From the NCBI RefSeq assembly GCF_000737315.1, contig NZ_JMCB01000024.1:1-64000 (forward strand): 64,000 bases of DNA, in the 5' to 3' direction. Numbering within the stretch: position 1 is the stretch's first letter; the number at the start of each line of letters is the position of its first letter. The notes below the pieces were generated by a model. The model did not search any database. It saw only the letters and a list, made by a program, of their open reading frames with translations, and had not been told where the DNA came from. Made by a program: the position numbers and the translations under genes. This DNA is from Hyalangium minutum (GTDB taxonomy: Bacteria > Myxococcota > Myxococcia > Myxococcales > Myxococcaceae). Positions 48,701 to 56,546 of the stretch are shown piece after piece.

Positions 48701-50379
48701 CCTTGCTGCCACGCGGGACGCTCGATGGCGTCGCGCAGCTCCTCCGCCGTCATCTCCGGCACCAGCAGCAGGCGCCCGCCCTCGAAGAGCACCGCGTCCA
48801 ATCGGGGACCGCCCTCCCCCAAGCGCACCTCCGCGCAGCGCCCCAGGTAGTCCACCCGCAGCGTGGCGAGCACCACCGTGCCCCGCGTGGGCTCCTGCGA
48901 GGCCTCCCATAGCGCGCGCAGCAGCTCTCCGCGCTCGCCCTCGGCCAGCCGCGTGAAGGCCTCGTCCAGTGGATCCACCACCAGGAGCCGGTGCTTGCCC
49001 GGAGACGCCCGCGCCGAGCGCACCACCTCCAGCGCTCCCGCCTCTCCCGCGCGTACCCGGGTCACCTCCCAGCGCTCGGGAGACAGCTCCGGCAACAGCC
49101 CGGCCCGAAGCAGCGAGGACTTGCCACTCCCGGAGGCGCCGGCCATCACCACCAAGGCAGGGGCCCGTCCTTCCGCAGCGGCCTCCACCCGCTGGTGCAG
49201 TGTCTGGCGCAGCGCCTCACGGCCGAAGAAGCGCCGATGATCCCCCGGCTCGAATGGCCGCAGGCCGCAGTACGGCGGGAAGATGAACGGGCGCAGGTCC
49301 GGCCCATCTCCGGCGTGGGCGTAGAGCTGGAGCGAGGCTCCATCCATCCGCGCCCCCTCGAGCCGCAGCGCCTTGCGAGCCTCGGCCAGCGCCTGCTCCA
49401 GCGATACGTGGTGTCCGAGCAGCTCCCCATAGAGCACACGGGTGAAGGTGACGGAGCCCACCTTGGAGAGCGGCAGCCGGGAGGCAACCACCGTGGAGAG
49501 CCCCGCGCGGTGCAGCTCGCGGGCCGGGCTGCCCAGGTGGTTGCCGGGGAGCCCCGCATCCCCTCCGCGGCAGGCGCACAGCACCACCATGCGGACATGC
49601 CCGGCGTGCGGTTCAAGCACGGCGCGCAGCGAGGCGGCATCCACCACCTCCCCCTCTCCCTCCATTCGAGAGGAGTTCCAGGCCAGGCCGTAGGCCCCGG
49701 GCTCGGAGGGAACGCCATGGCACAGCAGGTGGAGCGCGCCGATGGGCTCCTCACTGTCCCTCAAGGCCTGCTCGAGCGAGGCGAGGCTCACATGAGGAAG
49801 CACGTCCCGGCTCGGATCGAAGCGGTACCCTGCCTGGGCGCAGACCTCCACGAGGGCGCGCTGGTGTGCCGCTGCGGGCACATCCCCCGCCCAGGCGAAG
49901 AGGATGCGGCCCCCCGCAGGCGGAGGCGAGGGCTGCGCCGGGTGGGTCTGCGTCCCGGGCCGCTCGTAGCAGAGCGTCAGGCCGTCGAGATCACTCAGAG
50001 CCTGGCCCGTGGACTCCAGCGTGAGCAGCTCCCAAGGGAGCACGCACAGCTCGGCAGGCTCCAGCCTCAGCGTGAGCCGCACGAGCCTCCCCGCCTCCAC
50101 GGCCTGCCGCAGGCGCTGCTCGTCCTGGGCCCACCCCAGAGGCGCGAGGAAAGCACGCAGCAGCTCTCCCAGCCGCTGGGCGGCATTGGGGCTGGGGCGG
50201 CTGGAGCCCAGGTTGGACAGATCCTCCAGGGCTCGCTCCCAGGGGAACGAGGCGCGCACGGAGGTGCCCTCCTCTCGGAGGCGCAGGTAGTCCCGCGCCT
50301 GGAAGAGGAACCGGTCGGCGTCGCGGGTGCGCTCGCCGGAGACCAAGTGCAGCGTCAGCTCCAGGGGGCTTGGGGCCAC
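45667..50379 (-). CDS. CHAT protease, nSTAND1-type NTPase and WD40 (16 repeats) NLR-like protein
   Basis: CHAT: [19 protein letters not shown]; PYCGLRPF....FFGRE; Walker [17 protein letters not shown]; [10 protein letters not shown]; [10 protein letters not shown]; [12 protein letters not shown]; 16 GH...AFSPDG.RVVTAS.DGTARVW repeats. Confidence 0.92.
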   Translation of the reverse strand: MAPSPLELTLHLVSGERTRDADRFLFQARDYLRLREEGTSVRASFPWERALEDLSNLGSSRPSPNAAQRLGELLRAFLAPLGWAQDEQRLRQAVEAGRLVRLTLRLEPAELCVLPWELLTLESTGQALSDLDGLTLCYERPGTQTHPAQPSPPPAGGRILFAWAGDVPAAAHQRALVEVCAQAGYRFDPSRDVLPHVSLASLEQALRDSEEPIGALHLLCHGVPSEPGAYGLAWNSSRMEGEGEVVDAASLRAVLEPHAGHVRMVVLCACRGGDAGLPGNHLGSPARELHRAGLSTVVASRLPLSKVGSVTFTRVLYGELLGHHVSLEQALAEARKALRLEGARMDGASLQLYAHAGDGPDLRPFIFPPYCGLRPFEPGDHRRFFGREALRQTLHQRVEAAAEGRAPALVVMAGASGSGKSSLLRAGLLPELSPERWEVTRVRAGEAGALEVVRSARASPGKHRLLVVDPLDEAFTRLAEGERGELLRALWEASQEPTRGTVVLATLRVDYLGRCAEVRLGEGGPRLDAVLFEGGRLLLVPEMTAEELRDAIERPAWQQGLSLEEGLTERLLQEVERQPGGLPLLAHTLERLWRMREGRWLKHSAYRALGGVAGALAQELDRLFLGLGEEERHQVRRLLVELVDVREGSAPFTCQRVERERVRPMGEQARRAFDTALGRLVEGRVLVLGGGAEEEGEVFIEVAHEALLRHWGPLAEWIREGQERRRRRLELRVAAEAWGDHQGAEHAEDYLLRGRRLEEALEFLLAHPDELDERVFPFINASREREERLAREARRHQERLQDFARLIVADKLRREDPTAALLVLLEVREPEQHLAWTQAALEVLQQPLASAVLRGHRGPVRAAAFNRDGTRVVTASRDGTARVWRADGTGEPTVLEGHSGEVLVAAFSPLGKRVVTASADRTARLWWLEGGPGAPLEGHVGEVVAVAFSPDGERVVTASRDGTARVWRTDGMGVPVVLRGHEQGVVAAAFDGTGARLVTASRDGTARVWHADGRGELAVLRHPGDVRAAVFSPDGTRVATASVDGAVRVWRVEEQGEPILLQSDSGFVNAVAFSPDGGLVVSAHADGSVRLWRADGKGGMRLAGHTGEILTVAFSPDGMWVVTASRDGTARVRRTDGEGLPLDLLGHGDEVLSARFSADGEQVVTASRDGTARVWRWRAQPQALTLRRRAGAVQGLAFSPSGELLATAHADGTARVWRLDGSMTKVLLKGHGAELRMVSFSPEGERVLTASVDGTARVWRTDGSGEPVVLYGHTGRVVTAVFSPDGARVVTASWDGTARVWQADGSGEPVVLHGHTEFLRSAAFSPDGARVVTASDDGTARVWRADGSGAPVVLQGHQGRVVMAAFSSDSERVVTASEDGTAWVWRADGQGKPVVLKGHEQAVVSAEFSPDGTRVLTASHDKTARVWSAEGVGEPVVLRGHTARFDSRGTRVVTASGDGAVRVWPVDGSGEPLVLTGHGDRVMGAVFSAKGDMLAIASSDGSARVWRLGVDMLRERLHQMTSASLELRQRQRYLGETLEEAREAHARNPTPIENSTESERYSSLRRRKRS
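45860..47835 (-). repeat. WD40 tandem array (~126-bp period), 16 units
   Basis: Recurrent DNA unit CCACACCCGCGCCGTCCCATCC...GAGGCCGTCACCACCCGC...CCGTCCGGGCTGAA; unit 15 lacks about 5 codons. Confidence 0.9.
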
Positions 50380-50397
50380 AGGGTGCGCGCTCCCGGC

Positions 50398-51951
50398 TCA
50401 GCTCGTGGTGAGGCGCTCGCGGAAGTAGCGCCGGTACAGCTCGCAGCGAGGCAGCATCGTGGTTCCCTCCTGCCGTACCAGCCCCGCGCTCCGCAGGCGG
50501 ATGAACACGTCCTCGTCCGGGTGTGCGCCGCGCTGCAGCACCTCGCGAAAGCCAGCCTTGAGCTGCGGCTGGCCGCCCAGCCGGAAGAGCAGGTGCCGCA
50601 AGTGGTCTCCAAACGGGCCTCGGTCCTCCGCCGCTTGGGAGAACAGGTCCTCCACACGCATGCTCCGGCTGGCCACCAGGTAGAGCGCCTTGCGCACCAG
50701 ATAGGGATGTCCGCCCAGCAAGGCGAAGAGCTCTTGCTCCTGCTTGGGCCCCAGCGGCGAGCCATGCCGCCGGTTCAGCTCGGCCACCTGCTCCGGGGTG
50801 AAGTCTCCCAGCTCCACCGTCTGCCCCACGTTGAAGGGCGACTGCGTCAGGTTCTTGATGAAGAGGAAGGGCTCGGTCGAGGTGACGAGGACGATGCTGA
50901 GCTTCTTCCACACGGGCGTGGTGGGCAGCGCGCGGTTGTTGTGCCAGCTGCGCAGCATGCCGAAGAAGTCCGTGCCGAAGGGCGTCTCGAAGAGCGTCTC
51001 CACCTCGTCCAGCCCCAGCACCAGCGGGGCCTCCAGCGCCTTGAGGATGTGTCCGCTCATGTATAGGCCGCAGCGCTGGCTCAGGCCCATGGGCTTCTGC
51101 CAGTAGGCATCCACCTGGTTGGACAGCTCGAGCTGATCCCCCAGCGAGGTGCAGAAGCGCTGGAAGAAGAGATCCGGGTTGGAGAACGTGGCCGAGTCGA
51201 ACTCCTGGAACGAGAGGTAGGCCACGCGCTTGCCCGCGGTGATGGCGCCAGCCAAGCCTCGCATGAGCAGGGAGCTCTTGCCCATCTGCCGGGCGCCCTT
51301 GATGGTGACGGTGGTGCCCTGCTTCTGCGAGACAGCCTTCATCACCGTCGCATCGGCATCGCGCACCACATAGAAGGCCGACTGCGTGTCCATGGCCCCT
51401 TCGAGCGGCTCATCCAGCTCGAGCGCCGCGGACGGCAGAGGCGCCTGAAAGGCAGTGGCGGCGGCGGCAGGCGCGGGCTCGGGCGCCGCACTGGCCCGGG
51501 GAGGGCTCGCGGGAGTCGAGGCGGAGCCCGGCAACGTCCCCCCGCTCATGGCCTTGGCGAGCTGCTCGAGCAGGCGCGGAGTGTCCTCGGGCCCCTCCCA
51601 GAGCGCCCAGTTGATGGGGCTGAGGTACCCGCCCAGCGGCGGCGGCAGGCGCTCGTGGTAGGCGACCCGGATGGGTAGCAGCACCGGGCGCCCGCGCTGC
51701 ACCTGGAGCTGGTGCGCCAGCTCGATCTCCGTGCGGGCCATCTCGCTGTTGACGGAGAAGGGGGACAGCAGCGCGATGAAGAAGTCCGCTTGGCGGATCT
51801 CCGCGTCGATGCGCTCCACCCACTTCTCACCCACGAGCATGGAAGTGTCGATGAACACCTCGTGGTCGACCTTGAGCGCCTTGTAGAGGGCATTGGCAAG
51901 GTCTTGATCGGGCGTGACGTCGCGCTTGTAACTGATGAAGACACGGGCCAT
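50398..51951 (-). CDS. TIR-domain plus AAA-like (AAA_35-type) NTPase protein
   Basis: TIR: RVFISYKR, VFID, FFIALLS..S..SEM.RTEIE; FYVVRDAD; Walker A GARQMGKSSL; Walker B LGLDEVE; SPFNVG; GGHPYL; RCELYRRYF. Confidence 0.92.
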   Translation of the reverse strand: MARVFISYKRDVTPDQDLANALYKALKVDHEVFIDTSMLVGEKWVERIDAEIRQADFFIALLSPFSVNSEMARTEIELAHQLQVQRGRPVLLPIRVAYHERLPPPLGGYLSPINWALWEGPEDTPRLLEQLAKAMSGGTLPGSASTPASPPRASAAPEPAPAAAATAFQAPLPSAALELDEPLEGAMDTQSAFYVVRDADATVMKAVSQKQGTTVTIKGARQMGKSSLLMRGLAGAITAGKRVAYLSFQEFDSATFSNPDLFFQRFCTSLGDQLELSNQVDAYWQKPMGLSQRCGLYMSGHILKALEAPLVLGLDEVETLFETPFGTDFFGMLRSWHNNRALPTTPVWKKLSIVLVTSTEPFLFIKNLTQSPFNVGQTVELGDFTPEQVAELNRRHGSPLGPKQEQELFALLGGHPYLVRKALYLVASRSMRVEDLFSQAAEDRGPFGDHLRHLLFRLGGQPQLKAGFREVLQRGAHPDEDVFIRLRSAGLVRQEGTTMLPRCELYRRYFRERLTTS

Positions 51952-51977
51952 GGGTCTCTTTCCTGGCGTCCCGGAAC

Positions 51978-54900
51978 TCAGGGCAGGTTAGGGCAAGCCT
52001 TCCGATAGGGTGCAACCTTGCTCACATCCGCAGGCCACTCCTGACGCGTCAAGTTGCGAGGCAACAAGGCGCAGGTGAGATCGATCCAATCCTGGGAGCG
52101 CACCGGCCACAGGCGCGCGGTCTCGTCCTCGCTGGCGGTGGCCACGCGCGAGCCATCCGGGCTGAAGGCCACGGCCAGGACACGGCTCCGGTGGGGCATG
52201 CGCGCAAGCCGGCGCCCCGTGGTGGCCTCCCACAAGCGCGCCGAGCCGTCCTCACTGGCCGTGACCACGAGCGTGCCATCCGGGCTGAAGGCCACGGACG
52301 TCACACTGCTGTCGTGCTGCAGCAGCTGGCGCTGCTGGCCGGTGGCCACGTCCCAAAGGCGGGCAGTGCTGTCCTCGCTGGCCGTGGCCAGGAGCGTGCC
52401 ATCCGGGCTGAACACCACCGCAGTGACGACGAGCTCGTGCTGCAGGACTTTGCCCAGGGATTCGCCGGTGGCCGCGTTCCACAGGCGTGCGGTGCCATCC
52501 TCGCTGGCGGTGGCCAGGAGCCTGCCATCCGGGCTGAAGGCCACGGCCCGGACACCGGCCGCGTGCCGGAGGGGCCGGCCCCTGAGCTCGCCGCTGGCCG
52601 TGTTCCACAGGCGCACCGTGTCGTCATCGCTGGCAGTGGCCAGATGTGTGCCATCGGGGCTGAAGGCCACGGAGCGGATCGCCGCCTTGTGCGAGAAGGG
52701 CGGGCTCAGGGACTCGCCGGTGGACGCATTCCACAGGCGTGCCGTGCCATCCTCGCTGGCGGTGGCCACGCGCGTCCCGTCCGGACTGAACACCACCGCC
52801 GTCACCGGCTTGTTCGTGTCATGGGTGAACCGCCGGCCTCGCTGCCCGGTGGCCTCGTCCCAGAGCGTGGCCTGGTTGCCGCTGGTGGTGGCCATGCGCG
52901 TGCCGTTCGGGCTGAATGCCAGCGCGGTGACCGCTGCGCCATGCGGCAGGAGCACGAGCGGAGAACGAGGGGCGATCTGCCAGAGCCGGGCACGCTGGTC
53001 CTCGCTGGCCGTGGCCAAGGTCTTGCCGTCCGGGCTGATCGCCACGGAGTTGACGGTGTCCTGATGAGGCAGGAGCACCTGCTGCTTGCCGGTGGCCACA
53101 TCCCACAGGCGCGCGGTCTTGTCCTCGCTGGCTGTCGCCACGCTCTTGCCGTCGGCGCTGAAGGCCACGGCCGTGACGGCTTTGTCGTGAGCCAGCACCA
53201 TGGGGGAGAAGTCGCCCGCCACTTCCCACAGGCGCGCGGCTCTGTCCTCACTGGCCGTCGCCACGAGCGTGTTATCCGGGCTGAAGGCCACTGACAGCAC
53301 ACGGCCCATGTGCTGCAGCACGGAGAGCCGCTTGCCCGTGGCCACGTCCCACACACGCGCCGTCCGGTCATTGCTCGCCGAGGCCATTCGCGTGCCATCA
53401 GGGCTGAACGCCACGGCCGTGACACGGTCCCGGTGCGTCATCGCCTTGGCAAAGGACACCTCGGCGCCAGTGGCCGTGTTCCACAGGCGCACGGTGCGAT
53501 CGTCACACCCGGTGAGCAGCAGCTTGCCGTCGGGGCTGAAGGCCACGGCATTGACGGGGTAGTGGTGCTGAAGGGGAGCGCCCAGGGGCTGGCCGGTGGC
53601 CGCGTTCCACAGGCGTGCGGTGCCATCCTCGCTGGCGGTGGCCACACGTGAGCCATCCGAGTTGAAGGCCACGGCCGTGACGGGCTTGTTGTGAGAGAGC
53701 TTCAGGCGCTGGCGGCCCGTGGCCACCTCCCAGAGCCGGGCAGTTCCGTCTTCACTGGCGGACAGGGCCAAGCTGCCATCCGGGCTGAAGGTGACGGCCA
53801 GGACGTTGTCATCATGAGCCAGAGGGACCGGGTCCGAGCGAAGCTGGACGAGCGCGCGGATCAGCGAGTCCATGGCTCCCGCCGAGGAGGGATAGAGCCG
53901 CAAGGCCTCCGTGGAGAACGCGGCGCTGACAGGCAAGGCCGAGGAGGCGGCACGCAGCGTGTCATCCGCCCGGTTCAGGAACACATACGAGGCGGCTTCC
54001 TTGAACTTCTCCTCGGCCTCGGCTCGGGCGCGAGCGCTTTCCCGCTCGACCTGTTCCTTTTGCGCCAAGGCCTGCTGTGCCTCCGCCTGCAGCCGCTGTG
54101 CCTCCGTGCGAGCGGTCTCCGCCTCTTGCTTCGCCTTCTCCGCTTCTTCCTTCGCCTTGGTGGCATCCGCCTGGAGTACCTGCGTCTCCCGCTGGGCTTG
54201 AGCTACGCTCTTTTGTGCCTCCTCTTTGATGCTGCTGGCCTCTTTTTCTGCCCGGCCTTTGGCTGACTCGGCATCCTCCCTGAGTTTCTGCGCCCGCCCC
54301 AGCTCCTCGCGAACCGCATCGGCATCGCGCTCCGCAGCCGCCAACTGCCGGTATAGGAGCACCGAGGCCGGCAGCAGCACGATGAAGCCCAGGATCACCA
54401 ACCCCAGCGCCGCCAGCCGCACCACGCGCCAGTCCACCGGCAACTGGCTGCGCGCCCACGCCACCGTGAAGACCCGGTCGTAGATGGCGTTGCGCACCCG
54501 CAGCACCTGGCCCTCGCGCCGCACCACCCCCGCGAGCTTGAGGTGCGCCTTGACCAGCGACCGCTCCTCATCGGCCACCCGACGGCCACGCCGGATGTCC
54601 TGATACGTCCGCAGCACCCGCTCGGGCTCCGGCGCGCGCCGCGTCAGCATGTCGCGCACGAACACCAGGTTGTTGTCCTGGAAGCTCTTCTCCGCGAAGA
54701 ACGTTCGCTCCACCACCTGCTGCACGTCCTGACGCGCCCAGGCGCCCCCACCGTTCTGCTGCTTGTGGTCCACCAGCGCCTGGCACAGCCGCTGCGTCAG
54801 GTACGGGTGCCCGCCCGTCCACCCCAGCACCCACTCCAGCACCTGCCTCCCCTGCTCGGGCCCGTCCCCCAACCCCTGCGCCAGCGGCCTCGCCTCCTCC

Positions 54901-55523
54901 AACGTGAAGTCCGTCAGCTCCACCCGCTGGCCCAGGTTGAAGGGCGTGCGCTTCTCGTCCTGGATGAGGTCTCCCGGCGTGGCCACGCCCACGAGCACGA
55001 AAGACAGACGCGCCAGCTCCGGGTTGCTCGCGCGCGCGTTATAGAGGTAGCGAATGGCCGCGTAGAAGTCGTCCGTGAAGCCCATCCCCAGCGTGGTGTC
55101 GATCTCATCGACAAACACCACCACGCGCCCGGGGACCTCCTGGAGCACCACCTCTTCCAGGAAGCGCGTCATCCGCTGCACCGGGCCCTGGTCCCGGTTG
55201 CGGTTCCACCACTCGGCCGAGTCCGTGTTCAGCTCGAGCTGCTCCTGGATGACGACCAGCAGGCCCACGTACCACTGGTCCGCCGTCACCTGCTTGCCAA
55301 TGCGCGTCAGGTCAATGATGACCGAGCGGATGCCCTCTTCGTAGAGCTGCTCCGCGGTGCGCACCATCAGGCTGGACTTGCCCATCTGACGCGCCGTCAG
55401 CACAAAGGCAAACGTGCCCGCGCGGCACAGCGAGAGCATCTCCGGGTCCGCCCGGCGGGCCAGGTACACGCCTCCGCCCGCCTGCACCGTTCCACCCACT
55501 GTGTACAAGCTGGCGTCGCTCAC
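51978..55523 (-). CDS. AAA_35-type NTPase, TM helix, coiled coil and WD40 (14 repeats) protein
   Basis: YTVGGTV...YLARRAD; TARQMGKSSL; VFVDEID; TPFNLG; GGHPYLTQ; hydrophobic LAALGLVILGFIVLLPASVLLY; Ala/Glu/Lys coiled coil; 14 H...[22 protein letters not shown] repeats; RNLT..EW tail. Start set at GTG 55523. Confidence 0.9.
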   Translation of the reverse strand: MSDASLYTVGGTVQAGGGVYLARRADPEMLSLCRAGTFAFVLTARQMGKSSLMVRTAEQLYEEGIRSVIIDLTRIGKQVTADQWYVGLLVVIQEQLELNTDSAEWWNRNRDQGPVQRMTRFLEEVVLQEVPGRVVVFVDEIDTTLGMGFTDDFYAAIRYLYNARASNPELARLSFVLVGVATPGDLIQDEKRTPFNLGQRVELTDFTLEEARPLAQGLGDGPEQGRQVLEWVLGWTGGHPYLTQRLCQALVDHKQQNGGGAWARQDVQQVVERTFFAEKSFQDNNLVFVRDMLTRRAPEPERVLRTYQDIRRGRRVADEERSLVKAHLKLAGVVRREGQVLRVRNAIYDRVFTVAWARSQLPVDWRVVRLAALGLVILGFIVLLPASVLLYRQLAAAERDADAVREELGRAQKLREDAESAKGRAEKEASSIKEEAQKSVAQAQRETQVLQADATKAKEEAEKAKQEAETARTEAQRLQAEAQQALAQKEQVERESARARAEAEEKFKEAASYVFLNRADDTLRAASSALPVSAAFSTEALRLYPSSAGAMDSLIRALVQLRSDPVPLAHDDNVLAVTFSPDGSLALSASEDGTARLWEVATGRQRLKLSHNKPVTAVAFNSDGSRVATASEDGTARLWNAATGQPLGAPLQHHYPVNAVAFSPDGKLLLTGCDDRTVRLWNTATGAEVSFAKAMTHRDRVTAVAFSPDGTRMASASNDRTARVWDVATGKRLSVLQHMGRVLSVAFSPDNTLVATASEDRAARLWEVAGDFSPMVLAHDKAVTAVAFSADGKSVATASEDKTARLWDVATGKQQVLLPHQDTVNSVAISPDGKTLATASEDQRARLWQIAPRSPLVLLPHGAAVTALAFSPNGTRMATTSGNQATLWDEATGQRGRRFTHDTNKPVTAVVFSPDGTRVATASEDGTARLWNASTGESLSPPFSHKAAIRSVAFSPDGTHLATASDDDTVRLWNTASGELRGRPLRHAAGVRAVAFSPDGRLLATASEDGTARLWNAATGESLGKVLQHELVVTAVVFSPDGTLLATASEDSTARLWDVATGQQRQLLQHDSSVTSVAFSPDGTLVVTASEDGSARLWEATTGRRLARMPHRSRVLAVAFSPDGSRVATASEDETARLWPVRSQDWIDLTCALLPRNLTRQEWPADVSKVAPYRKACPNLP
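52100..53830 (-). repeat. WD40 tandem array, 14 units, some nearly identical at DNA level
   Basis: TTCCACAGGCGTGC(G/C)GTGCCATCCTCGCTGGCGGTGGCCA recurs near 52477, 52730 and 53604. Confidence 0.88.
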
Positions 55524-55611
55524 GGTGCGAGTATCTTCGAGCGCTGTCCGAACTGTCCCCTTATTTTGACGGGGTTCCCGAAGGACGTCCGACCCACCGG
55601 CCAACCGCTCC

Positions 55612-56094
55612 TCACTCCGCCGAGCGAATCTGCTCCACGAAGCGCTGCGCCGCCGAGGGCTCCACGCTGTGAGTGCGGGCCAGGTCCTTGGCGATGGTCT
55701 CCGGCGCGTCCCCCGAACGAAGCAGCATGCGCACATTGTGCTCGAAAGGACCGAGGAGCTTCTGCGCCTCGTCCCCCGTGGCCACCGTGGCGCGGGAGTC
55801 CTCGCGCGGCCGGGCCCGCCCCAGCTCGCTCTGCGCCCGCAGGTAGGTGAGCAGGTTCGAGACCAGGAAGTACCAGGTCATGAAGAACGAGATCATCCCC
55901 CACCACCCCAGCGTCACGTTCCGCAACGTGTGGTGCCAGAACGCGCGCTTCAGGCAGCTCCGGCAGAGCTGCCCCTCCGTGGAGTACTCCTGCCGCATGA
56001 GCAGCAGTCCCACGTTGTGATGCAGCTCCACATACGCTGAAGGTTCCGCCTGAAGACAGGAGTCACATCGCATGGCCGCCGGAACATAGCTCAC
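55612..56094 (-). CDS. Small membrane protein with zinc-finger-like CxxC...CxxC
   Basis: CDSC and CRSC flanking a beta segment, then TM GWWGMISFFMTWYFLV. The start may be at the MRCD ATG. Confidence 0.65.
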   Translation of the reverse strand: MSYVPAAMRCDSCLQAEPSAYVELHHNVGLLLMRQEYSTEGQLCRSCLKRAFWHHTLRNVTLGWWGMISFFMTWYFLVSNLLTYLRAQSELGRARPREDSRATVATGDEAQKLLGPFEHNVRMLLRSGDAPETIAKDLARTHSVEPSAAQRFVEQIRSAE

Positions 56095-56147
56095 TTCAGC
56101 TCCAGAACGGATAAGACGCGCGTCCTTCCCCCTCTCTCGGAGCTCCC

Positions 56148-56546
56148 ATGCACCACAGCCGCTTCTGTGCCCTCGTCATCGACTGCAAGGTCGAGGACAT
56201 CGATGCCGCCGCCACCTTCTGGAGCCAGGCCTTTGGCCGGCCCGTCAACACGCCTCCCCCCGATGCCGGCCCCTACCGCGATCTCGCCGTCTCCCAGGAC
56301 GAGCCGATGATTCTCCTCCAGAAGGTGGACCATGACAGCCGCGTCCACCTCGACATCGAGACCGATGACATCGAAGCCGAGGTGAAGCGGCTCGAGGCGC
56401 TGGGCGCCAAGCGGGTCGCATTCGTCAAGCGCTGGTGGGTGATGGAGGCCCCCACCGGCCAGCGCTTCTGCGTCGTCCGCCCCCAGCGCGGACCGCTCAA
56501 TGCCCAGAACGCGAATGTCTGGAATGACGCGGCAACCACACCGTGA
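56148..56546 (+). CDS. VOC/glyoxalase family protein
   Basis: LVIDC......AATFWSQAFG, SRVHLDIETDD.EAEV.RLEALGA, W.VMEAPTG.RFCVV. Confidence 0.88.
   Translation: MHHSRFCALVIDCKVEDIDAAATFWSQAFGRPVNTPPPDAGPYRDLAVSQDEPMILLQKVDHDSRVHLDIETDDIEAEVKRLEALGAKRVAFVKRWWVMEAPTGQRFCVVRPQRGPLNAQNANVWNDAATTP

Noticed and set aside
52041-52052. Third exact copy of the enhancer box (reverse complement TTGACGCGTCAG) upstream of the TIR gene
   Set aside because: It is a single box inside coding sequence for the conserved RNLTRQEW tail, with no partner box and no GG-N10-GC promoter before ATG 51951. Probably coincidental.
45860-53830. Regularly spaced DNA repeats as a possible CRISPR array or non-coding repeat
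   Set aside because: The period is about 126 bp and in frame, encoding WD40 units; there are no unique spacers and no cas genes.
29495-55736. ORF-track N-terminal extensions (29495, 30546, 34798, 35268, 43111, 43922, 44789, 55736)
   Set aside because: They run through promoters, enhancer boxes or neighbouring genes; downstream starts with an RBS, signal peptide or domain boundary fit better.
31591-56094. Bacterial gasdermin as substrate of the CHAT or C25-like proteases
   Set aside because: No ~250-300 aa ORF with gasdermin-like features was recognised next to either protease; the two barrel paralogs have signal peptides and an OMP-type pattern instead.
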